Positions 16,842-25,048 of a stretch of 64,000 bases of DNA are shown here, in pieces (position 1 is the stretch's first letter; each line of letters starts with the position of its first letter). The stretch spans positions 188,184 through 252,183 of IMG/VR virus record IMGVR_UViG_3300036766_000988; one strand, 5' to 3'. Position numbers and translations under genes: made by a program. The notes under the pieces are model-generated. The model ran no database searches. It saw only the letters and a program-made list of their open reading frames with translations, and was not told the origin of the DNA.

Positions 16842-18760
16842 GACTCCACCATCTTGAGGAGATCGTCCTCGGTGATGCACTTCGTCCCGTTCTTGGCCGC
16901 TGCTTTGGCCTTCGTCGATCCCGATGCGGGGTCCGCCATCACGAGGTACGTAAGCCCCTTGCCTACGCTGGTCTTCACGATCCCGCCGTGCTCGGCAACG
17001 ATGGCTTCGAGGTCGCTTCGCTTCCGCACACTCTTGCCGGTAAAACAGAACGAAAAGCCAGTCAGGTTGCCCTGGATCGGGGCCTTGATCTTGACCCCGG
17101 CTTTGAGCATCCCCGGCACGACAGTCCTGCCAACCTCTTCGACCCATTTCCAGAGGGCCTTCGCCTTGATCGGCCCGAGCCCAGGAACGGTCTCGAATTG
17201 CTGCTCGGAACAGCCTTGGATCTTCTCCCACGTGTCGTATCCAGCATCCATGACCATGCGGATTGTCGATGACGCGCAGAGCGGGATGGAGAGCGCCCCC
17301 AGAAGGGTTTCGAGCGGCAGCTCGTTCTTTTCCCAGAGGAGCCCGAGGAGCTTGTCTGCCAAAGTCTCGGTGATACGCTCGACTTCCGAGAGACTCGGGA
17401 TGTTGAGCTGGTAGAGATCGGCGGGGGTTTTGACCTTCCCGCTGGTCACCAAGCGCTCGATGAGGGTCTCCCCCCACTCCTTTACGTCAAGGGCCGCGAT
17501 GTACCGCTGGATGCGCCCCATAGCCTGAGCAGGGCACCCGGCTGTGTTGGGACAGACGAGGTACTCCCCGTCGACCGTGAGGGCGGCTTTGCACGAAGGG
17601 CACTCTTCGGGAAAGTCGTAGTCCCCATCCGCTTCCTCGATCACCTGCGTGACCCTGGGGATGACATCGTTGGCCCGTGCCACCAGGATCCGGGATCCCA
17701 CCAAGATCCCCAGGTCTTGGATGTACTTCATGTTGTAGAGGCTTGCGTTCGTGACCTCTGCTCCTACGAGCTGCACAGGATCGAACACAGCAACCGGCGT
17801 GATCCGACCCGAGCCCCCCACCTGCCAGAGGATGTCACGCAGGATCGTCTCACGAGCGACCGCAGCAAACTTGAACGCCACAGCCCCCTTGGGCCGCCCA
17901 TCCTTCTCCCCGAGCGCGAGCTGCCGTTCGAAACTGTTGACGGAGAACACGAGCCCGTCGATGTCGTAGTTGAGCGTTTCGCGCATCCCCTCTTGGTAGT
18001 CCAATCGGATCGTCTCGGGAGTCGCCCCACCGGATTGCATCACGGTGACACATGAATTGGGGAGCTTGAACCCCTGGTGAGCAAGCCACTCGAATTGCTG
18101 CGCCTCGGTCGAGAAATCCTTCCCGTCGGCTACTCGATAGAAGAGCACCGTCAAGTGCTCGCATCCCTTGCCGTCGTACCGCTTCGAGGTACCGGCAGCA
18201 GTGTTCCGTGTGTTGGCCTTGTCAGGGAAGTGCGCCGCATGATCCTGCTTCGTCAGGATGATCTCCCCACGAAGGCTTCCGGTGAACTTCTCGGGAAGCT
18301 GGGCCAGCACCCCCTTCATCTTGGCGACGTTGGGGGTGATGTCCTCGCCCGTTGTCCCATCGCCACGCGTGATGGCTTGGGTGAAGACGCCGTTCACGTA
18401 CCTGGCGTGGATCGAGATCCCATCGAGCTTCTCGCTCATGAAGAGGGCCTCGATGTCGGAGATGCCGTTGCCCACAGCCCAAACCCCCAGCTCCTCGGGG
18501 GTGTTCACCTTGTCGAGAGAGCCCATCGGGATGCCATGCCGGACCTTCGGCCACTCCGAGGTGGCGGGTACGGGGGCGCCGATGGCCGTGACGGCAGGGG
18601 CATCTGCTTGCAGCTCGCGAAGCTCGTCCACCCAGGCATCGAACACTTCGTCGGTGGTCGTCGGGACCCCGTTGAAATAGTCGAGCCGAGCTTGGTTGAT
18701 CTGGGCTTGGAGCTTTTGGATCCGAGCGTCGTTTGCCGCTGCCATCATCTCTTCGAGCAC
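16838..18760 (-). CDS. ligA: NAD-dependent DNA ligase
   Basis: MGSLDK, EKLDG, TRGDG..GEDIT, RGE, DGLV, AFKF, Cys4 Zn finger, HhH, BRCT. Confidence 0.96.
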   Translation of the reverse strand: MLEEMMAAANDARIQKLQAQINQARLDYFNGVPTTTDEVFDAWVDELRELQADAPAVTAIGAPVPATSEWPKVRHGIPMGSLDKVNTPEELGVWAVGNGISDIEALFMSEKLDGISIHARYVNGVFTQAITRGDGTTGEDITPNVAKMKGVLAQLPEKFTGSLRGEIILTKQDHAAHFPDKANTRNTAAGTSKRYDGKGCEHLTVLFYRVADGKDFSTEAQQFEWLAHQGFKLPNSCVTVMQSGGATPETIRLDYQEGMRETLNYDIDGLVFSVNSFERQLALGEKDGRPKGAVAFKFAAVARETILRDILWQVGGSGRITPVAVFDPVQLVGAEVTNASLYNMKYIQDLGILVGSRILVARANDVIPRVTQVIEEADGDYDFPEECPSCKAALTVDGEYLVCPNTAGCPAQAMGRIQRYIAALDVKEWGETLIERLVTSGKVKTPADLYQLNIPSLSEVERITETLADKLLGLLWEKNELPLETLLGALSIPLCASSTIRMVMDAGYDTWEKIQGCSEQQFETVPGLGPIKAKALWKWVEEVGRTVVPGMLKAGVKIKAPIQGNLTGFSFCFTGKSVRKRSDLEAIVAEHGGIVKTSVGKGLTYLVMADPASGSTKAKAAAKNGTKCITEDDLLKMVES

Positions 18761-18781
18761 GCGTGACCTCCGCTCCCTCTC

Positions 18782-18806
18782 CTACACCGGGGAGCGGAGG
18801 TGTTCA
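18782..18806 (-). promoter_or_regulatory. promoter motif TGAAC-N16-GTAG upstream of ligA
   Basis: TGAAC acctccgctccccggt GTAG. Confidence 0.7.
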
Positions 18807-19061
18807 GCCTGCCTTGGGAGCCTGACTCGCGGAAATCTGTCCACTTTCGACCATCTGAGCCACCTTGTTGATGGTGGCAAAGGGCACGAGGATGACGCGC
18901 ACCTCTTCGTTCTGGTAGCGTTCGAGCGCGGCCTGAACATCGAAGTACTCGAAGGTGCCATCTTGCTGAGCGCAGCGGAGCACCATGCGTCCTGTCATGG
19001 GGTCGATCTCCACAACCCCTTCCTTCACGTGTCCGAGATCCAGTTGGTCATCCGTAGGCAT
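18804..19061 (-). CDS. hypothetical protein
   Basis: Purine-rich RBS, operon context. Confidence 0.65.
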   Translation of the reverse strand: MPTDDQLDLGHVKEGVVEIDPMTGRMVLRCAQQDGTFEYFDVQAALERYQNEEVRVILVPFATINKVAQMVESGQISASQAPKAG

Positions 19062-19094
19062 GGCGCCCCCTTCGTTCTGAGAGATCAGAAGCTG

Positions 19095-21401
19095 TCAGAC
19101 GATGCTACAGGCCCCTCCGGCACACGCCACCTCGCTCTTGAGGTCGGTGTCGTCGGTGTCCTCCAACATCGTCGTGTAATCAACAGGCTGGTAGTCTTCG
19201 AGGATGGCGTTCCATCGAGCCTCGTCGACCGGGGTGACCACCGCTTCGTTGGGCGCGAAGGCGTAGTCTTTGTCTCCTGTGCTGGCGAGAAGCGAGACCC
19301 CTGTGAAGAACTCCCGGTTCTCCCAAAGGTAGTCCGCCACCTTGTCCCACTCTTCGGGCCGCACCGTCACGGTGTTGGAGACGTTGTGGCTGAGGCCTGG
19401 CGAGTACTGGCTGTCTGCGGTGCCTGCAAGCACCCAGTTCTCTTGTGTGGACTTCACCATATCGAGGAACGGGATGGCTGTGATGTCGTCCTTGATGGTT
19501 GCTCCCGGAGGAGCTTCGACCGGAAACTCGATCACGTACTTCCCATCCGGCTTGCGGACGCACATGTGGGGGTTGACCACCTTGAAGGCCTGGAAGACCT
19601 GCTCCAATTCATCCGCCGTCACACGACGGATGTACCGACGAGCATGGTGAGCGTGGTGTCCCGAGCCGACGCAGCCGAGTTCGAGAGACGTGGTCCCTGA
19701 TGGCTTTACACAGGTGGTGCGAGCCGCAGGCTTGACCCCGATACGCGCTGCGTATTCGGCATTCCACTGCTTGATCAACCCAGCAACCTCTCGCTGGTAC
19801 TCCGGGTTGCAGGCGATGGCGGGAGCATCGAGCATCCCTGTCATACCGATCCCCAAGAGAGCCTCACGTTCGGCGATTGTCTCTGAGATCGCTCCGAGGT
19901 AGGGCATCTTCGTGTACCCCGCTTGGAGCGTACCGATGATCGCTGCTGCCCTGGCTGCCTCTTTGAAGTCCTGTAGGGACGTCAGTTTGGCTGCGTTGAT
20001 CTCACAGAGGTTGCAGAAGGCCCAACCCGTGTAAGTCTGACCGACCGCTGTCTCGACGCCTTTCGCCGCGAGTTTCGCCTGAGCTTCGGCGTCGATTTCG
20101 AGCTTGGGGTTCAAGCCAATCTCACAGCACGGGTTCGTGCCGTAGTCGTAGTCGTTCGTGAAGTAGAACCCAGGCTCTCCCCACTGACGAGTCATTCCGA
20201 AGATGCGCTTGAACTGCTTTTTCTTCACCTCGTCCCGTTTGAGGACGACGCTGTTGTTGGAGTTCGCCAGCCAGGGCTCTGTGGAATACCAGTTCCCTGT
20301 CTTGAGGTGCATCATCTCGCTGTCATCGAGCGAGAAGAGGCAGATCATGGCCGACCGACGAATGCCCCCCGAAAGGACGGCATCGGCTGCATGACAGAGG
20401 ATTCGGTGGCACTCGACCGGGCGGAGCTTACGCCCCATGGCGGCATTCAGAACGCCTCGGATGCGTTCCAAAGAGTCCTTGAGCTTGAGGTGCCCAGGAG
20501 CCCGCCCCCCCGACGTACGGAGGGGCGTGCCTGCATCCCGGATTTGGTGGAAGGCGAACTCCAAGTTCACACCATCGAGAAAGCTCTGGACCAGCGCCTT
20601 GAGGGCGTCTGCCCACCCCTCGATGGTATCCTCGACGACGTGATGGCGAACCTTCTTCACGTCTACGTAGGAGATCGACGGAAGCTTCTCGATGTGGTCG
20701 AACTGAACCGAATACCCCACGCCGCAACCCGATAGGAGCAGGTAGAGAGCCTCCGAGAAGATTTCGGGACGATCGACGAGTGAAAACGAGCAGTTGTAGA
20801 TGCGGTTGTTGTTGGCGAGAATGGCCTTGCCACCGAACTGCATGGATCGCATGGACGGTAGAACGCGCTTGTCTCGTACGAGATCGAAGGCCCAACGGAT
20901 CTCCTCTTCCATCTCGGGATACACGTCGAGGTGCATCCCCTCGATGCGGGCGACGGTCTCGGCGAAGACCTCGCGACGCTTCTTGGCGGGTAGGTAGCGG
21001 GCGTACTTCCCCGCGTGGATGTAATCGGAGATGGCCTTGGGATCAGGCGACTTCGGAGTACGCGCTTGACGAGCCTCTGTCCGTTGATGCCGATATAGAA
21101 TGAACGCCTTGGCAACCCCAAACTGGCTGTGTCGCATGAGGGCGGTCTCGACGGCATCCTGCACGTTCTCGACGCAGACGGTCTCTTCCGTCAGAGCGTC
21201 CATCACCGTGTTGATGACCTTGTTCAGAGCCCGTTCATCGACGAGACCCTTCGACTCGATCCATGCCCGACTGAGGGCTCTACGGATCTTGGACACATCG
21301 AAGAGTTGAAGTGTCTGCCCATCCCGTTTACGAATGTGCTGTAGGGTTCTCACTACCGTGAGGTTCGGTTCGAGAGCACTCTGTACGCTAGGGGCCATCA
21401 T
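19095..21401 (-). CDS. nrdJ: class II (adenosylcobalamin) ribonucleotide reductase with N-terminal ATP cone
   Basis: KRDG ATP cone, YNCSF, GGIRRSA, GTNPCCEI, CNL, TCVKPSGT, C-terminal CAGGAC; no beta subunit nearby. Confidence 0.9.
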   Translation of the reverse strand: MMAPSVQSALEPNLTVVRTLQHIRKRDGQTLQLFDVSKIRRALSRAWIESKGLVDERALNKVINTVMDALTEETVCVENVQDAVETALMRHSQFGVAKAFILYRHQRTEARQARTPKSPDPKAISDYIHAGKYARYLPAKKRREVFAETVARIEGMHLDVYPEMEEEIRWAFDLVRDKRVLPSMRSMQFGGKAILANNNRIYNCSFSLVDRPEIFSEALYLLLSGCGVGYSVQFDHIEKLPSISYVDVKKVRHHVVEDTIEGWADALKALVQSFLDGVNLEFAFHQIRDAGTPLRTSGGRAPGHLKLKDSLERIRGVLNAAMGRKLRPVECHRILCHAADAVLSGGIRRSAMICLFSLDDSEMMHLKTGNWYSTEPWLANSNNSVVLKRDEVKKKQFKRIFGMTRQWGEPGFYFTNDYDYGTNPCCEIGLNPKLEIDAEAQAKLAAKGVETAVGQTYTGWAFCNLCEINAAKLTSLQDFKEAARAAAIIGTLQAGYTKMPYLGAISETIAEREALLGIGMTGMLDAPAIACNPEYQREVAGLIKQWNAEYAARIGVKPAARTTCVKPSGTTSLELGCVGSGHHAHHARRYIRRVTADELEQVFQAFKVVNPHMCVRKPDGKYVIEFPVEAPPGATIKDDITAIPFLDMVKSTQENWVLAGTADSQYSPGLSHNVSNTVTVRPEEWDKVADYLWENREFFTGVSLLASTGDKDYAFAPNEAVVTPVDEARWNAILEDYQPVDYTTMLEDTDDTDLKSEVACAGGACSIV

Positions 21402-21414
21402 GTATTCGATCCTT

Positions 21415-22383
21415 CTACCCGGCGACTGAAAGCACAGCCAACTCGACGTGTGTACGCGGCGAGCTGGATTGACCCTTTACATTTGCATCTAATCGGCACA
21501 ACCGGCCCATGCTTCGAATAAGATCCCTCAGTAGGTGCTTACGCGCTTGAAGGAGAAGAGAGTTCTTGAATTTGAATGGGTGCATCCCAATCGAGGCTGC
21601 GATGTCGTCCTCGGATATCCCGCGATCGAGTAACGAGCGAACAACGATAAGCTGCTCGACCCTTTTCATGAGAGCGTAGGCGATGGGCACATCCGCATCG
21701 TCCCCCATGTTTTTGTAGACCGTGGACAACCAGTTCATCGCTTGCCGTGGGTTTTTGTCGGCTGCCGCTTCAGCTACTTGGTAAGGGGTGGCTGTCTGCG
21801 CTGGAGAGATGACGAGCTTCAAGTGCTCCATCGTCGCCTTCTCTTTGCCTACCAGGATGGAGAGCTTCTGTAGTTCACTTGCAATGCGGTATAGATTACT
21901 CCCGAGAAGGAAGAAGAAAGCATCGGCAACACCCTTGTCGAGGGTGATCCCAATACGTCGAGCCTCGGTCTCGACCCACTTCACAACCTCGTTGTTGTTG
22001 TCCCAAGTCTTCAACTTCTTGTGCTCAAGAAGTTTGCCCTTCTTGGCAGCTTGAGCCCAAACGGCAGGGCACTTCTCGGAGCGGATGATCGCGACCAACA
22101 CCGTCGTATCGTCCTTGGGGTTCTTCTCGTCGATGTACTGCTTCAGGGCCTTATCGCCCTTGATTTTGTTGGCCTCGTCCACAATGACGACACGAAGGGT
22201 GTCGTCCATCGAGCGGGTCTCGCAAATCCCAACGAGTTCCACGTCTGTGAGGTCATCCCCATCAACAAGCACGACTGTACGGCCGTCCCACTTGCGGGCA
22301 CGCTCTAGATCTCGATCGAGGAAGAGAGGCTCAACCCCAAACGAAATGACAAAAGGGACGCTGGTTGTGGCTTTTGCAGCCAT
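21415..22383 (-). CDS. holA: DNA polymerase III delta subunit
   Basis: GVEPLF, LGSNLYRIASELQKL, MHPFK, LDANVKG..VELAV. Confidence 0.82.
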   Translation of the reverse strand: MAAKATTSVPFVISFGVEPLFLDRDLERARKWDGRTVVLVDGDDLTDVELVGICETRSMDDTLRVVIVDEANKIKGDKALKQYIDEKNPKDDTTVLVAIIRSEKCPAVWAQAAKKGKLLEHKKLKTWDNNNEVVKWVETEARRIGITLDKGVADAFFFLLGSNLYRIASELQKLSILVGKEKATMEHLKLVISPAQTATPYQVAEAAADKNPRQAMNWLSTVYKNMGDDADVPIAYALMKRVEQLIVVRSLLDRGISEDDIAASIGMHPFKFKNSLLLQARKHLLRDLIRSMGRLCRLDANVKGQSSSPRTHVELAVLSVAG

Positions 22384-23342
22384 CAGGACACCACGAAGGA
22401 CTGGGCGAGAAGAGCTTTGACGTGGAACGTCAAGAAGAGCTTGGTCGAACGGGACTGCTCACGAAGTCCTCGAACCGCAGCCCCCAGTTGGTGCCACATC
22501 GCGTTGGTGTTTCGTGTGCTCATCTGCGCGATGTCGTCACTCAGATCGAGGTTGATGATGCGGGTAGGGTCGGTAGAGAAGAGGAGCAGATCATGCAAGA
22601 GCTGCGATAGGAAACGAAGGACTTGCGGGAGTTCTTTTTCCACCGAATCGATCGCTGAAAAGAGCCCTGCGAGATCTCTCTCCAAGGAGAGTCGTATTAA
22701 CGAAAACGTCTTGTCCCGGAGCACGAGACGACCCGAACCCCAGTATCGAACAGCACGGCCAACCGAGCCTTCGCTCAACCTTGCATAGACAAGAGCTTTA
22801 GTGTGGTCTGGTTCGAACCGTTGAAGCACTGATAGGACCATTGGCTCCGAAAGTGCGTGGTACGAAACGAGACCACACCGTGATCGAATCGTTGGGATCA
22901 CGCGAGCTTGCGACTCAGCAAGCAGAAAAAACCGTGTTATATGAGGCGGTTCTTCCAGGGTTTTGAGAATCGCGTTAGCTGCCGCACTGGTAAGGCGATC
23001 AGCACCGTCGATCATGAGAATCTTGAACGGAGCTGTCGTCGGGCATGTCGTTGCCGATGGAATGAGCGCACGAATTGCATCGACCCCAATTTCCTTATCG
23101 CCGTCCGGAGAGAGCATAAAGAAATCGGGATGGATTCCCTGATCGAGCTGAACGCAATGAAAGCACGGACACTTGTCCTCGTGCGTACCAGTACAGAACA
23201 TCTCCTTCGTCGCTTGCATGACGGAGAAGCGCCGACCAACGCCTTCTTCCCCTACAAGGAGTAGAGGAGACGAGAAGCGTTGCTCAACCACTCGACGGAG
23301 GAAATGAACTCCCTCCTCTTGTTCACGAACGTCGCTCAGCAT
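22383..23342 (-). CDS. holB: DNA polymerase III delta' subunit
   Basis: GEEGVGR, CPCFHC..HPD, AANAILKTLEEPP, PTIRSRC. Confidence 0.9.
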   Translation of the reverse strand: MLSDVREQEEGVHFLRRVVEQRFSSPLLLVGEEGVGRRFSVMQATKEMFCTGTHEDKCPCFHCVQLDQGIHPDFFMLSPDGDKEIGVDAIRALIPSATTCPTTAPFKILMIDGADRLTSAAANAILKTLEEPPHITRFFLLAESQARVIPTIRSRCGLVSYHALSEPMVLSVLQRFEPDHTKALVYARLSEGSVGRAVRYWGSGRLVLRDKTFSLIRLSLERDLAGLFSAIDSVEKELPQVLRFLSQLLHDLLLFSTDPTRIINLDLSDDIAQMSTRNTNAMWHQLGAAVRGLREQSRSTKLFLTFHVKALLAQSFVVS

Positions 23343-23529
23343 TCTCGCCGCTTCCAAGCTGGGCCGAGCGGCGTAGGGGCTCCACTGGAACGAGCTGCAT
23401 CACCAGATGAAAGTTCTGGCCGCAATTCGAACAGATGAAACGATGGGGCTCCTGTCCACTCGGCGAGAGTTGACTGCGGCACGTGCTACACCGCATGAGC
23501 GATTCAGGAGATGTCGATTCTTCGGGCAT
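23323..23529 (-). CDS. small Zn-ribbon protein
   Basis: CSTC...CSNC. Confidence 0.6.
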   Translation of the reverse strand: MPEESTSPESLMRCSTCRSQLSPSGQEPHRFICSNCGQNFHLVMQLVPVEPLRRSAQLGSGENAERRS

Positions 23530-23741
23530 CAGAGGTCAAAAACGCCGCCAGTTGCGAGCCCCCAGGTTGTGTTGCACTTGGCGCACCGGTAGAGGTGCCG
23601 ACCTTGCGAGTTCGGGGGGGTCATCTCGATTGCGAGAATGCTCTCACACCCAGGCCGCTTGCACTTGATGTGGACGGTCTTGGGCTCCTCGGGAACGGGA
23701 GCAGCAAGACCCGGCTTGGTTCCGGCAGGATCGATCGGCAT
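23529..23741 (-). CDS. small Zn-ribbon protein
   Basis: CKRPGC...CAKC; AGGAG RBS. Confidence 0.65.
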   Translation of the reverse strand: MPIDPAGTKPGLAAPVPEEPKTVHIKCKRPGCESILAIEMTPPNSQGRHLYRCAKCNTTWGLATGGVFDL

Positions 23742-23785
23742 CTACTTCTCCTAGGCTCAGCTTGCAGGGCGCTGAACTGTCCTCG

Positions 23786-24196
23786 TTACAGGTTCGATGT
23801 GGGGTACGAATCGGGGAACAACGCACGCAGTTGCCCGTAGACGCGGGAGAAGAACACCGGATCCCACTGGTCGATCGTAGAAAGATCGGGGTTGATGAGC
23901 GGATTTCCCGTGTTGACGAAGTGCGGGGGCGGGTATTGCCTCGGATCGAACGTCCCATCCTGGATGAAGGGTAGGATTTTCGCGAAATCCGTGGCCAGTA
24001 CTAGACACACGAACCCCTTCGCCTTGAAACGGTAGTAGGCGACTTGCTTCGCGAAAACCCGTTCGGCCTGTACGATCTTGCGTTCGTAGCCGACGATCGC
24101 CGCCGCTACGTCGTGTAGGTCTTCTTGCCGAAGACGGGACAGACGTCGACCGTCAACGAATTGCAGCCGGGCGTCCACGATGAGGAGGCTCGACAA
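23786..24196 (-). CDS. hypothetical protein
   Basis: Fills the gap on the operon strand; TTG start uncertain. Confidence 0.5.
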   Translation of the reverse strand: MSSLLIVDARLQFVDGRRLSRLRQEDLHDVAAAIVGYERKIVQAERVFAKQVAYYRFKAKGFVCLVLATDFAKILPFIQDGTFDPRQYPPPHFVNTGNPLINPDLSTIDQWDPVFFSRVYGQLRALFPDSYPTSNL

Positions 24197-24200
24197 GTAG

Positions 24201-24307
24201 AAAAAACTCAGCCCCTCAAATCGCCCGCCCCGCCCCTTCGGTCCAGCGCTGTTCAGACGCTTAGACCGTCAGTTGAACACAGGAATCGGGCGGTTTGAAG
24301 GGCCGAG
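24201..24307 (-). ncRNA. structured RNA D: 21-bp closing stem, inner hairpin/pseudoknot, U6 tail
   Basis: CTCGGCCCTTCAAACCGCCCG pairs with CGGGCGATTTGAGGGGCTGAG (two G-U, one mismatch on minus strand); inner TGTTCA/TGAACA; TTTTTT at 24201-24206. Confidence 0.55.
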
Positions 24308-24313
24308 AAACTT

Positions 24314-24420
24314 TGGTGGACACGATCGGGGTTGAACCGACAACCAGGGCTTTGGAGGCCCCAGCTCTACCCGTCTTGACAAGCGGCGCCGCCGGTCAAG
24401 ACCTTGAGTCTTACGTGCCC
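24314..24420 (-). tRNA. tRNA-Trp(CCA) with 30-nt hairpin insertion in the D-loop
   Basis: Acceptor GGGCACG/CGTGTCC + A-CCA; anticodon arm GGGGC-CTCCAAA-GCCCT; T-arm GTCGG-TTCAACC-CCGAT; D-arm CTC-AA...GGTA-GAG interrupted by 24373-24402. Confidence 0.85.
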
Positions 24421-24433
24421 GTGAACTGAGAAG

Positions 24434-24611
24434 CTCGTTCGCTCCCGTGGAGGGGCTGGCTACTCTCCAGCGTGTCGCAGGCGTATACGTTCATGACGCG
24501 CATCGTGTCTGCGAGCAAGAGGGTTGATCTCACGGCCGTAAGACCAACACCCTGGCTTTCGGCAGGCCCTCGCGGGCTCACCATCAAGCTGCCCTCCCGG
24601 CAACGAACGAA
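24434..24611 (-). ncRNA. unrecognised multibranch structured RNA B (~178 nt)
   Basis: Closing stem TTCGTTCGTT..GGAGGG / CCCTCC..GAGCGAACGAG; GCCC-GCGA-GGGC; 12-bp GTTGGTCTTACG/CGTGAGATCAAC; TCGCAG/CTGCGA; GCTGG/CCAGC. Confidence 0.6.
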
Positions 24612-24613
24612 CT

Positions 24614-24711
24614 GAACCACAAGCAGGCGTAGATATGACCCACGCACTTCCAGCCTACACGGCGACTCCCTGGCAAGGGGGCGGTCTCCTTGATCCTACT
24701 GCTTGTGGTTC
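24614..24711 (-). ncRNA. unrecognised structured RNA A (~98 nt)
   Basis: Perfect 13-bp terminal stem GAACCACAAGCAG/CTGCTTGTGGTTC starting ~10 nt after the promoter. Confidence 0.55.
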
Positions 24712-24720
24712 GTAGTTTTA

Positions 24721-24745
24721 CTACACCGCTCGACCCCCAAGTTCA
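24721..24745 (-). promoter_or_regulatory. promoter motif upstream of the ncRNA/tRNA cassette
   Basis: TGAAC ttgggggtcgagcggt GTAG. Confidence 0.72.
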
Positions 24746-25048
24746 ACCTTGCTTCGATACCAAGACCGCTTTCTCGTATGAGGAGCCGATCTTCGCGTAC
24801 AGCTCGGCCGGAGAGAACCCTGGCTCAGGGACCTCCCCTCGATGGGACGCTTCGGCCTTTTGGTGGCAGGGGTCACAGAGCGAGATGCCGTTCTCGGCGA
24901 CGTAGCCACCGTTGGGCATCTCAGTCCGATCGGTGATGTGGTGAGCATCAAGCGGTTGAGGAGCTGAGCAAACGCGACAGGCGTTCCGGTCCCTCTTGAA
25001 GACGGCCTCCCTAAACGCCTGTCGCACCTGCTTCTTGGTGTCACCCAC
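24743..25048 (-). CDS. HNH endonuclease
   Basis: VFKRDRNACRVC..DAHHI..NGISLCDPCH; start GTG 25048 chosen by overlap. Confidence 0.85.
   Translation of the reverse strand: MGDTKKQVRQAFREAVFKRDRNACRVCSAPQPLDAHHITDRTEMPNGGYVAENGISLCDPCHQKAEASHRGEVPEPGFSPAELYAKIGSSYEKAVLVSKQG

Noticed and set aside
16842-17477. 5' extension of the 304-aa ORF 16563-17477
   Set aside because: Alternative frame within ligA; the gene more plausibly starts at ATG 16841.
24365-24410. Canonical bulge-helix-bulge intron motif in the tRNA insert
   Set aside because: No 3-4-3 geometry could be drawn and no splicing endonuclease gene is recognisable, so splicing stays a hypothesis.
24555-24590. Hammerhead-like TTGATGG...GAAA in RNA B
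   Set aside because: The core deviates from CUGANGA at two key positions and I found no stem III/cleavage triplet.
24201-24720. tmRNA, SRP RNA, RNase P RNA or ZTP riboswitch identity for the ncRNA block
   Set aside because: No tmRNA acceptor ends or tag ORF, no SRP helix-8 motif, no RNase P P4 signature; the ACTGACGG match to ZTP lacks the 3' element.
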